A stretch of DNA of 64,000 bases from Azolla caroliniana. Lineage: Eukaryota > Plantae > Polypodiophyta. Under the pieces are notes generated by a model. That model was not told where the DNA came from. It worked only from the letters and a program-made list of their open reading frames with translations, and did not search any database. How positions within the stretch are numbered: the stretch's first letter is position 1; each line of letters starts with the position of its first letter. Below are positions 11,408-23,247 of the stretch, piece after piece. The stretch spans positions 19,902,001-19,966,000 of the forward strand of contig JBHGNT010000005.1 of the NCBI GenBank assembly GCA_043228905.1, given 5' to 3'. The position numbers and the translations under genes are program-made.

Positions 11408-14400
11408 ACCCATCTTATCCCTCTTCTTCCACAACAAATTTCAAAGAGGTTGCAAAATAGAATGCAAAGCCTTCTTTGTCCATGGCAACAATGGCAAGTA
11501 ATATAATATCATGGGTTCCATAATACATTGTACAACCTTCAAGCGTACATGAAATGGCTAAGATTGTAACTTCCAATACATGAACTTATCCCTCAACTTA
11601 CTAGACATCCATTCAATCAATTGACCATTTGTAACATTCATTCCTAATGGATAGCCTAAGTGTCGAAAAATAGAGCCTTTCTTCACCACAGATCCTTGTC
11701 ATCCTAAACATTCCAAGTGATATCATACTAGACTTCCTTGAATTAATATGTAATCCGGAAGCCAATGCAAATTAGTTCCATACAAGCATCCCCTTCTCAA
11801 AATTCTCTCGTGAAGCTTGTAGAAACATGAAAGAATCATCAGCCAAAGCTTGTGCTACTAGTTGCCCTCCAGACGGAAGATGTAGACCCATAATGTCACC
11901 ATTTATTGCAAGCCTTGATAACATCACTAACAAGGGATGAGTAAGAATAGCAAACAACAATGGGCTAAGAGGGAATTCTTGACGAACAGATCTTGTGAGT
12001 GCAATATCTGATGTAACTCCCCCATTAAGCATTACTTGAGACACCGCATCTTGTCCTAATAATAATATGAGGTGAGACATAGGAGGTCCAAAGCCCATTG
12101 TATGCATTAACACAGAAACAAAGGGCCAATTAACATTATCATAACCTTTCTCTAAATCTAATTGCACCATAATCAATTCTTGATAAGTGTTTTGAGCATA
12201 ATCCATGGCCATTTGAACATTCAACACATTATGCAATATATTCCTACCTGCAATAAAACCATATTGGGCGAGATGTATCAACTTTGGCAAATACTTTTGT
12301 AATGTATTTGCCAAGATCTTTGTAAATATCTTATACAACCCCCCATCAGAGAAATAGCTCTCCATTGATGAAATGATTCGGGAGATGCCACCTTTGGAAC
12401 TAATTTAATTAGACCAACCTTCTAAGCTTGAGGCATATGATCAGAACCCCAAGAACATTAAAGCATCAAAGTTAAGGGTCCCTTTAAAATGTTCGAATAT
12501 CGCTTAAAAACTTCATTTGTGAAACCATCCCAACCAAGACTCTTACCACTAGGAAGATGCCTTAAAACTATGTCCACCTCATCCTTAGTGAAATCCACAT
12601 CCAATTCATGACTAATGAGGTCATGCACAATACATCCAACCATATCATAAAACTCATGACGTGCTCTACTCACCTCATTTTTCATTAACAGTTGTGGGCC
12701 AATCAACTCCTTAAAGTAATGAACACATATGTCAATTATTGTAGTAGGATCCACTATCCATTCATCCCCTTGCTTCACATGTACCACATTAGATCTATCG
12801 TAAGTAGGATGTAACGCTTGAAAAAACAAATGAGATTGACATTGATTATTTGTGAGCCCATCCCTCAATTGTCGCATCTTCATATAACGATAACTTTGAC
12901 ATTGCAACTGAGAAATAATAACATGCAATTGACTTTGGATATCCAAAAGCTCCTCATCTAATGGTGCATGTATCAATAATGTATTACACCTGGAGAGAAC
13001 TTGTGAGAATTGTCGAAGAAGACCTCTTCTTTGTTGAGCATTAGTTACTCCATACATATGATGAATGATCTTAAATATTCGTAATGTGATATCCCATGCT
13101 TTAACTCCTTTAAGATTCACTTCTTGTGAAAAATTTACCAAAATTTGCTCCATGAGAAAATCAAAGTGAGTTTGATGCAAAAGAGAAGAGTTAAAGCGTA
13201 ACAGAGGCTTTCAAAGTAAGGATTTATACATGTCAATTGTATGATTACAAACCTCCAAACAAATAGGAAAGTGATCTCAAGTTCCTACATCTTGTAGAAC
13301 TTTTATACGAAGTGATGGCGGTAAAAAAGAATCATTGTGCGTCACATACATTCTATCTAACCGACTCCATGTTTGTCTATGTTGAGCGGATTCGAAGGTA
13401 AAACCTGGATCATTCTCATGCAACCATGTCCAAAAATCCAACTTCAGAACCTCCATAGCCAATGAATCCCAAGCCAGTTGCTCAAGATCATCCATGATTG
13501 AATGTTTAGATGTAGATTGAGATGCATCAACACAATGTTAAAATCAACTATAAGTAATTCTGGACGACCCACACATAGGGTTTGAAGGAGTGAGCCCCAT
13601 AATGCAATACGTTGAGTGGCTTGGTTAGGGGCATAAATCCCAACCAACCACACAACTTGGCCAAGAAAAGTGATACCTATAACCAAAAACCAACCATAAG
13701 GATAATTATGCACCACTTGAGGATAATATTTATCTACACAATTAATACCACACTTGAATAATGATTATTAAGATGTTCTACATAGAACGATGAATATCCA
13801 CGTAAATGAACTGTGGATCCACTAACTCATGACACTTATGCTCAACTGCACATAATACATGTCATTCTTTACTTAACAAAGTTTCACATAATATATACTT
13901 CTTATGAGGAGAATATGCCCCTCTCACATTCCATGTTACCACTTTCATCAATCAACAACGTTATGGGTGCACTTGCCCATTTAGAGCAATTGATGTCATG
14001 AAACTAGTCAACACATGCTCCAATGCTGCATATGGATTTTCATGCACCCCATCCTTAGGGTTGTCTATCGAAATCTTTTGTTTAGGTTCTCCCACTTGAC
14101 GAAAACCTCGAGAATTTGATTAATGTATGGAAGTTTCCCAGTAAAAAATAATATAACCACACGATCATAAAATAGATAAAAAAAATTGCATCACTGCCTT
14201 AGTATCAACTTCCACATCATACTCATACTCATCAATGCATTCTTTAGCTTCATTTTCATTTTCTTCCACAATATCAGACAACAAGGTATTGGCAATTCCC
14301 TATAAATTATCCCAAATACAATGATCCTGGTCAACCTCATCCACATGTATTACTTCAACAAATGTCAATTTTTTCTCATTAATTTCCTCAATACCCTTAA

Positions 14401-14480
14401 ACCTCTTAGAGCTTCCAATGTCTTCCCTTTCACGATTACATTCAACCATCATATTACTCTTTTTTGGATCAATTGTTTCC
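11408..14480 (-). mobile_element. L1/Tx1-like LINE: APE endonuclease + RT (ORF2) and probable ORF1 remnant, degenerate
   Basis: VGIYAPN, DFN, SRLDR and DHFP endonuclease motifs (13260-13720); RT motifs QYGFIAGR, LDLEKGYD, VRQEFPLSPLLF, ALADD (11772-12365). 5' boundary approximate. Confidence 0.88.
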
Positions 14481-14487
14481 ATATCAA

Positions 14488-15112
14488 TGTTGACGTGGAA
14501 TACACGGATTAATCTCCGGCAACAACCGAAGCGTAGATCACTTGATGACAATCGAAAAGAAAACCACAGACTAAATGGGAATGGAGGTAAGTCGACAAAA
14601 CAGAAAGAGAATACACATGATATTAACGTGGAAAACCCTAAGAGGGAAAAACCACAGGAGTCCACAGACTCCAAACTATCACTCTGTAAAGTAATACAAC
14701 AGGGAGCATACAGGCAACAACCTCTTGCTCACAATCTTCGCCTAGCGGCGGTTACAACAGAGACACAATCTCTGTATGTCGCTCTCTCTCTCTCTTACGC
14801 ACCATACAGAGGTTACACCAATAACTCTATCATTGTAGCTATTAAGTTTGCCCTAGGTCATATTTATACTAATATGACTTTCGGGCTATTTACAAATATA
14901 GCCCCAGTGGGCTCTCTGGAACATATTTACATATATGTCCCTTCCATCCGATGAGAGGTTCTCATCAGGTCTGCAACATCTGGTTCTCACTGGGTCTTCC
15001 TTGCCAGGTACTCGTCATCCGGTTCTTGTCGGGTCTTCCGTTGTCGGGTACTCCACATCCGGTTCTCATTGGGTCTTCTCACTTCCCATCCGGAGGGACC
15101 TGTTTCCTAACA
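14488..15112 (-). repeat. LTR-like sequence (probably a copia 3' or solo LTR)
   Basis: TGTTG...TAACA termini; AACGTGG...GAAAAACCAC motif common near copia LTR ends; short internal CATCCGGTTCT repeats at 14940-15095; weak PPT-like GTGGGAGA on the minus strand just outside 15112. Confidence 0.5.
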
Positions 15113-15482
15113 AATGTCTCCCACAATTTGTGAGGAATTTCATGTTTATATCCATTATTCTTAAGGTGATATTGATCCAGGATAAAAACAATTTTCCATG
15201 AACAAGAGAGACAACTAGAACTCACCCGATTGAAGAGGTCGAAGATGATGAAGACAATAGAAGACCAGCAATGTGTGTTCAGTATGTGGATGCCGATAAC
15301 ACAAGATTCCTTATTTCTATCGCCGCTTCTTGTACAGACCACCAAATTTAACTTGCTATATCTCGTTACGAATCTCGAATCGAGGGATTTCTAACACTTG
15401 TCTTTGTGCTGAATTCTGTTGTTGATAGAGAGCGCAGCAATAAAAACAAATTTGCTTCTTCTTCTTCCCCTCTCCACTCTTG

Positions 15483-15522
<40 letters not shown>

Positions 15523-16705
15523 CCTTCATATTTCTCCAGTACATATACAATAAAATCATAATATTATAATTAAACTATGAGAGTGAAGATGTGTTTAATA
15601 CAACACCATATAATTGATGTCCTCGTTGATATAACCCCTTGCTTATATACTCTTGCGTGTTGACTCATCCTCCCTCTCTACTCTTTAGTGTTACAATCAT
15701 CAAGTCAATGGTTTAGAGAGTTAATAATTAAGAAATAAGATTAAGTTAGGTAATTAAGCATCAATTAACCTCAAGTTGGTGGAGAAAACAACAAATTGAG
15801 TCGATCTTGTATTGATGAGCACGATGCTTTTTGCCTAAGTAGCCAACCACCTTCCACTACACCTAATCTTATTATCTACAACATACAAGCCCCAATAAAA
15901 AATGGGGCAAAAGGTTCCCATGCTTAGCCTCTACAACTCAAGTTGATCCCTTTCCCTAACCAAGATACTCAAAGAAATATCTAAACAACTTTACATTTCA
16001 CAACCATAATAAACACTCTTTAAGAGAGAAAATGTGTGCTAAATTTCTTAAAGGAAAAACAAATTTCTTATGACTTCAAAATGCATCAAAACCCTTGGGT
16101 CAATCACTAGTGCAAAATTAGGATGATGCGTGAGTAGGTTAATTAAGAGTTCTAATAAATTATATATCATAAGTGAACCATCTCATTTTGTGAAAAAAAA
16201 CCAGAATCACAATCTCCAAATGTGTGTTTTATCTATGTTTTACAAATGAGAGAGTTTACTTCCAATATTTCGGTGGATTAGATTGGTATTTTTTATATTT
16301 TCCCGTCATCAACATATGGAAACGTGTATTAGATGCACTATGTTAAAATATATTTTTTTTGTAAAGATTGAACATAGAGTTAGCTTACTAGCTGGAGCAA
16401 GCTTCTTTATTCTTTTTTATCACAAGAACATGGTGGACATCCTTGGCACTAATGTGAATGTGGGGTGTAATTTATAATGAGTCGATAATACATATGCAAG
16501 TAACATAGTGGAATGAGAAAAAAGAGGGCACATTTGTGGGGTAACATTTGTAGTGAGTAAAAGGCCGCCAATGTGTGTGTGTGTGTGTGTGTGTGTGTGT
16601 TGATAGCAAAAAGTCAATTGTTAGACAGAGATGAACCACAATAAAGGGAGGATGATGCTACATAGGAAACTTGATATGATCTCATTTCTCATTTAAAGTT
16701 TAGAA

Positions 16706-16748
<43 letters not shown>

Positions 16749-16787
16749 GCACAAACTAATTAACAACAGTTTGTTTTCAAGCTTCTC

Positions 16788-18914
16788 ATGAAGGTAATCT
16801 AAATTTTCATTTATTCTTTTGCTTCTTCTTCTTCTATTTGTCTCTATCTCATATAACTACTTTTGCTTTCATATTCCTCCCATTGTTTTAATAGTTCCAT
16901 GCCTTCCCATCATTTTCGATGGTAACAACCATGATTGCATATGCCAAATCATATTTACATATCCACACATTCATCTAGGCATTTTTTACATGCATATGAA
17001 TCTCCATACATATATAGATTCACATAGGTATGTGCTTGTGTTGTATGGAATGTGTGTCTATGGTGCATATGCATTTATATGCTCTTCTTAGCTTATCCTA
17101 CACTTCTTTACAATAGAAGTTGATACATACATGCGCATTATACAACTACATATGTGGATATATAAATATATGCCATATATGCATAGACACATGCCATAGA
17201 TGCAAACTACATAAAGAGAAAGAGAGTACTTTGAAATGTTTAAATTTTTTGTCCCACACTCATTGTATTCTTGTATCTCTATTTTTTTATTTTTGTAGTT
17301 ACAACAAAGGTCTCCTAAATGCCATAATTACAATGTCCCACATAACTATAGCACAAAGGAGCAATGTGTGTATGTCATCTCATCGAAGCATAACGACAAC
17401 AAATGCTCGCCCATCCATGGATCATCTAAGAATTTCCAAAGGAAAGAAGTCGTATCACCTACTACTCAATATGTTTCGACAAAGGCTTACAATAAAAAAG
17501 ATTATGATTATTTAGCTAAATTCCCACTTTCTACAACAAAGTTGTTGTACACAAACAACAAGAATGAGATTTTAAAAGTCAATAAGAATGGGATGGGATA
17601 TGAAACCTCCATCAATTCCTCTATCGATTCTATAGTTACTTATGGAAATCGGAATTCTAACATGAATGTAGAATTTCCTAGCAATGATTTTGAATCAAAT
17701 CAGAAGTTGCATAATAACACAGAGGTAGAATTTGATAGCTATAACTTGAACTTGAAGCATAAGCTACATAACACAGAGGTTGATCTTGATCCCTACAACT
17801 TTGTACAATCATGTCATGAAGTACCTAATACTGAGGTGGAATTTGATAGGAATAACTTTTTACAATTGGAGCATGAATTACACAAGACAGAGGTGGTGTA
17901 TGATAATAAAAGGACTAAACAAATTCGACAGAAAACATGCAATATTGAAGGGAAACTCGACACCAAAAACTCAACACTACAACAAAAAATGCATGAAAAA
18001 GAGGTGCACAATAAATTGTTGAATGGGCTTTTGATTGGAAGTGATGTTGTTAAAGAAATATCTAGCAAGTGCAATAAGCACAATGAAAAGGTAAACCACA
18101 AGGTGAGTGAGAAGAAGCCCTTTTTAATGTATAAGGAATATGATTTATTTTCTTAGGTTATGAGTAATGTAGCTAAGTGGTTTTTTGGACATGAATTTTA
18201 GTTAATTGTTACTTTAATGATCTACATGTTCAATATGAAGTATTGAAGTATTTTTACAAGAAATGTATCACTAATAGACCCATTGCTTTACAAACTTAGA
18301 GACTTCAACCAACCACATCTTTAATTTTAGATTTACCACTACATCTTGATCGTAGAGTTTATTTTGTAATTAATTATAATTTTGCAACAATGCTTTCACA
18401 TTGTGTTTTATCATGTGGTTTCTATATAACAATTTCATTATTACTACAAAGTTGTGATGTTGACGTTGGACCTTGCCTTTCAGAAGACAAGTGTATCTAT
18501 TCCGAAATCTAGTTTGGGGGATAGAGAAACATATTCTCCCAACAAAGAAACATATATATGTGTTTTGGGTCAAGTTCAAAAGAAGAAAAGAGAAGGGCTA
18601 TTGGTTGGACAACCTTTTACTCTAGATGCTCAAATTCCTATTGTTACTCAAAGAGAGGGTTTCCTCCCTCAAGCAACACCTGTAAAAATACATACACAAA
18701 CACCCATTGTAAAGCATAAATTCACGGCAACAAAGTTATCACATCGCTTTGGTGCTTATGTCAAGAAATCTTCTTTGGTGAGCCATGAGATACTTTTCTC
18801 GTTTAACTTTAAGACAAAAATTTCCTATTATGCCAATGTCTAAATTTTGTATTTTCTTATTGTATTTGCTAGAATTGGAGACTTTGTTTTCTTGCCCCTA
18901 TAACGATCGAATGA
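16788..18914 (+). CDS. candidate spliced gene of unknown function with ~20-aa HNTEVEFD repeats; exons 16788-16793, 17299-18102, 18484-18777, 18873-18914
   Basis: (CT)n leader at 16708-16746; three GT-AG introns, all phase 0, keep one reading frame; includes ORFs 17368-18156 and 18454-18843. No family recognised; last exon uncertain. Confidence 0.5.
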
Positions 18915-19959
18915 AGTCACATACAGTTATTGGAAGCATCATCATAATGCTATATCGGTAAAGGAATCTAAAAGTCATATCCACGCCAACACATCAACAA
19001 TTGCTATTTAACCAATATATTTTATGTGTTTATTAAGATGTGTAACAATGACTTTGTATTCTATGCAATATGAGAGTGTATCTCGATTATAGTATGCCCA
19101 ATGTAGCCTTTATAAAATGCACAATATGAGAGTGTATCTTGATTCAAGGGAAACATTCAACCTCTATATTATGCACAATACATGAATTGTGTATTTTATT
19201 CGTGCTTTTTGAAGCAAGTATTGTAAATGAGGAGCTTGAGGTTGTGCGACCTTTACAAATGGATGAGGTTGTTCTCATTTTTAGCCTAGCTTGTTGACTA
19301 GAGATCCAAGATGATGAATCCAAAACTAAATAATGATTTTCTTCATTATGCTTGCAAAGTCAATGTAAAAATTGTTGACAATTGGATAAATGTGAACCTA
19401 AAAGGAAACAAGAAGTTTTTTGGGAAAAAAAAAGGAAAGAACAAGTGCTTCGATACAAATATGATTCTTTTAGTATGTCAATATCCACAATATTTTACAT
19501 CACTTTCTACTTCCTATGTGCAACTAGACGGTGATTATGTAAGTATCAACAAGATATGGAAGCAAACTTTTAATAATTTAAGGTATATATTGGGAGGAGT
19601 CACTAATTGTAAGATGTGAGAGCCAATAGTTAGATTTAAGGTGATACTTTCATATATCACTATCATTGACATTTCATGTCCTCTAGAATGTAATTCTCAC
19701 AATAGTTAGGTATTGAGAAAGTGCCTAAAATATAATAATTGTATGACAAATCTTTACTCTATTCTACCTTTTTGCTTTATGTGTAAGCTATAAATGAATT
19801 GGATCAATTATCAATTTCTTTAACATTACCAATTGTTGTATCATCGGTTTTTCTTTTGGATAATGAAAGATACACCCTTATCATTTGTTTAGGGTTTAGG
19901 GTTGTATCATCCACCAAATGTGTTATTTTGGACAATAAACAATTACCCTTATAATATGT

Positions 19960-20426
19960 TGTAAAAGTTAGCGTGCAAAAGCTTGACAAACCCGGTTAAG
20001 CCGGGCAGCAATAGAGAATAGAAAACACAGGTTCAATGGAAGCTTGAGAATATTTAGCATACACGGGAGAGACAGAGACATAGAGGGAGAGAGAGAGAGA
20101 GCAGAACATAAAACTCTATTCTAAAATAATAATCCTCTGTGTACATGGAATGGGCTCAGAGAGCACTTTTATACAAGTCCATAAAGGACTGACCGAAGTA
20201 CTGATAGGTACTTCAATGCTCATACGAGCGACTGTCACTGACTCCCAAACATATGCCTACGTACTAGGCTGGATCCGTAGGCCTCTAACGGCCTACCGGT
20301 TTCAATCCGATCCGACTCCTGGTTCCGGATATCATCCGGACACCGATCTGGTTCTCCGTTCTGGATATCGATCCGGCTCTAGCTTATTCAGCCGATCTGG
20401 ATCCGGTTGAGCTTGCTCGCTCAACA
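19960..20426 (-). repeat. 3' LTR of copia copy 2
   Basis: Direct repeat of 28817-29263; TG...CA termini. Confidence 0.93.
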
Positions 20427-20984
20427 CTCCCCATCAAGCTCAACTTGAGGTCAGATCGTGGTGTCAGTGTCTGCAGTAGCCGTTCTTTTCCTCTGGCTCC
20501 TTCTGACGTCCTCCCGCCTTGCTCGCACACCTCGTCCTCCTTGGTCGGCTTGTCTGCTCAGCATGCCCATCTCATCTCCTTCGTTGTTATGACTCTGGCG
20601 CTTGTCGACCCATCAGTTCCTTCGTGTCAGTGTCGACTTCCACTGCCTTCTCATCCGCTTGGCCTTTAGTTGATTCGGTTCTTCCGAATTCAACTGTTGA
20701 ACCGAATCAGCTTCCTCCGATTCGTTCCAGCTCTTGTCCGAGTTGGTAGTCTCCAACTCGTCTTCCAATCTTAGGCCCTTCACAACATCGGTCCAGGCCT
20801 TCTTCCGGTCGGCGCTATCCTTCTTGACTCTGTCGCCGCTGCCGCTTGCTCCGACTTGTTCAGATGTGCCGACTCCTTCGGTCCGCTCGGCTTCCTTTAT
20901 TTGCTCAGCTCCCCCCTTGGTTCTTTCTTCCTCTCCAGCTCCTTGTCCGGTGCCATCCATTCCCGTTCCTGTTCTCTCCCTCAA

Positions 20985-22817
20985 GTGCGGCACATCGAGA
21001 TGTTGAATGCCGAGCATCTCCAAAAAATGTTGCAACTTGTCCGATCCAAGCGGCTTGGTGAAGATGTCGGAAACCTACCGATTCGTGTGAACATATTGAA
21101 GTTCAACTTCACCGCTCAGGACCCGCTCACGAACAAAGTGATAATGCACTTCTATGTGCTTTGTCTGAGCATGGAATACAGGGTTCTTGGCGAGCTGTAT
21201 GCTGCTTACGTTGTCACAATAAATCAGGATCAAGGTCGGCACCTCGATCCGAGGTCTCACAGCAGTTGCCAAAGCCAAATAGCTTCACAGGTGGCAATGG
21301 TAGTGCCCCGTTACTCAGCCTTAGTGCTCGATAGAGCCACTAGTGGCTGCTTTTTGTTGCTCCATGCAACAACCGCGCTACCAAGAGAAAACATGTAATC
21401 GGAGGTGGATTGGTGATCCGATACATCACCAACCCAGTCGGCATCGGTATACCTGACCAACTTCCCAGCTATAACAGTCTCCGGTCCTTCGTGTCGCTCA
21501 CATATCGCAATAGTCGATGCGCGCACTAAAGGTGCTCCACGGTCGGCTTCTGCATAAACTGGTTGATCACCTCGACTGGATAACTGATGTCGGGTCTGGT
21601 GATCATCAAGTACATAAGGCTTCCGACAATTTGTCGGAACCGTTTCTCATCGCAAGCCAGGCCAAAGTCAGGACGTAGCTTCAGGTTCCGGTCCAGGGGG
21701 GTGGAGAACGATCAGCATTCCGTCATGCCAAACTTGTACATCATATTCAACACATAGTGTCTTTGTGAGCCCAATATGCCATCGGGGGTCCGGATCACCT
21801 CGATCCCAAGAAAATAATGAAGGTCCCCCAGGTTCTTCATTTCAAATGCGTTCGACAATTGGGACTTCAGTCTGTCGATTTCATCCAGTCCGAGTCCGGT
21901 GATGTCTAAATCATCAACATATAGCAGGATAAAAACCGAACCGTCCGGACCTTTCCGGATGAACAATGACGAGTCGGACTTTGAGGCTGTAAAACCATCT
22001 TATGTAATCGGTGTGTGATCTTCGCATTCCAAGCTCAGGGGGCTTGCTTCAGACCGTAAAGCGTCTTCTTGAGTCGGCATACTACCGACTTGTTCATCTC
22101 CGATTGGAATCCGGGGGGTTGGATCATATAGACCCGTTCTTCAAAGTCACCTTGAAGAGACGCATTCTTCATGTCCATTTGGTGAAGATGCCATACCCTT
22201 GCCGCAACAACAACCAGTACCACACGAACCACCATTATCTTCGCTACCGGATCAAAGGTCTCGTCGTAGTCGATTCCGTGGGTCTGTGCGTATCCCTTTG
22301 CCACTAACCGGGCCTTGTACCGGTTGACCGAACCGTCAGCATTGTACTTCACCTTATATACCCATTTACAACCGATCGGTTTACACTGTCGGGGAGGGTC
22401 AACCAGGTTCCATGTGTCATTGACATCAAGTGCCCGCATTTCTTCCTCCATAGCAGCACACCAATTTGCGTCTTTTACTGCTTCTACGTAGCTCTCCGGC
22501 TCACACACTTCCGCCACCTTAGTCATGTACACAGAGTGATGTTCCATATAATCATTGTATCCATACCTCTGGACGGGGTTCTTCTGGCGGATTGAGTGGC
22601 GTAACTTTTCGTTATCCGGTTTGAGGCCCTTCTTGGCCCATTCGGACTTCCTTTCTAAAGATCCGCCTTCTTCCTTTCCGGGGTCAGGTTCGTTTCGATC
22701 TAACCCTTCATTGTCGGTATTGTATTCCGGCATCTTCTTCTTTCCCCTACCTTTGCGCGTGAACCGTCTCCTCGGTTCCTTGTGCAGGGAGAGCACGACA
22801 GAGTCTCCACTACTCGT
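20985..22817 (-). pseudogene. copia RT/RNase H of copy 2, disrupted
   Basis: ORFs 22035-22823, 21712-21966, 21311-21526 and 21075-21278 are homologous to the copy 1 pol. Confidence 0.92.
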
Positions 22818-23247
22818 TGTCAAGATCAGTACTAAGACAGAGAAAGAATTAGTACTAAAAGATGAGGATTAGTACTAAGAGAGGTGTAGAACTCTCGAGA
22901 GAAGGAAAGAGTGAGCGAGAGAGAGATAGAGAGAGAGAAAGGGTGAGAGAATGATGATAAAAGATATATATTATGTGAAGAGAGTATGCAATTGTAGCTA
23001 GGAGGCTTAAGACTGGCGTTGAACCAATTTGGTTCGAAATAATGCCTTGTGCCTCCTTTTATAGTGTTCTCAAGAGTACTCCTAAAGTTTCTAGAATGTT
23101 CTAGAGAAATCTAGAATATACATCAATTTTCTATAATAAAACATAAATGAAAATAATATTTTACGTATTACAATGTATGGTCTAATGGTCAAGCACTCGA
23201 CCCATGTAGCATAAGGTCATGGGTTCGAGACTTGCCATATCATGACA
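22818..23247 (-). repeat. 3' LTR of Tcn1-like element (430 bp, TGTCA...TGACA)
   Basis: 5-bp terminal inverted repeat, adjacent PPT, minus-strand TATAAAA near 23057-23063. Confidence 0.88.
23171..23243 (+). promoter_or_regulatory. tRNA-derived Pol III A/B-box cassette inside the LTR, antisense to the element
   Basis: A box TGGTCTAATGG 23178-23188, AGGTC variable-loop-like motif, B box GGTTCGAGAC 23222-23231 at tRNA spacing; stems degenerate. Confidence 0.6.

Noticed and set aside
14418-14954. 178-aa ORF
   Set aside because: Crosses the LINE/LTR junction; no recognisable domain.
23171-23243. Functional tRNA gene
   Set aside because: Acceptor, anticodon and T stems do not pair properly; kept only as a tRNA-derived promoter cassette.
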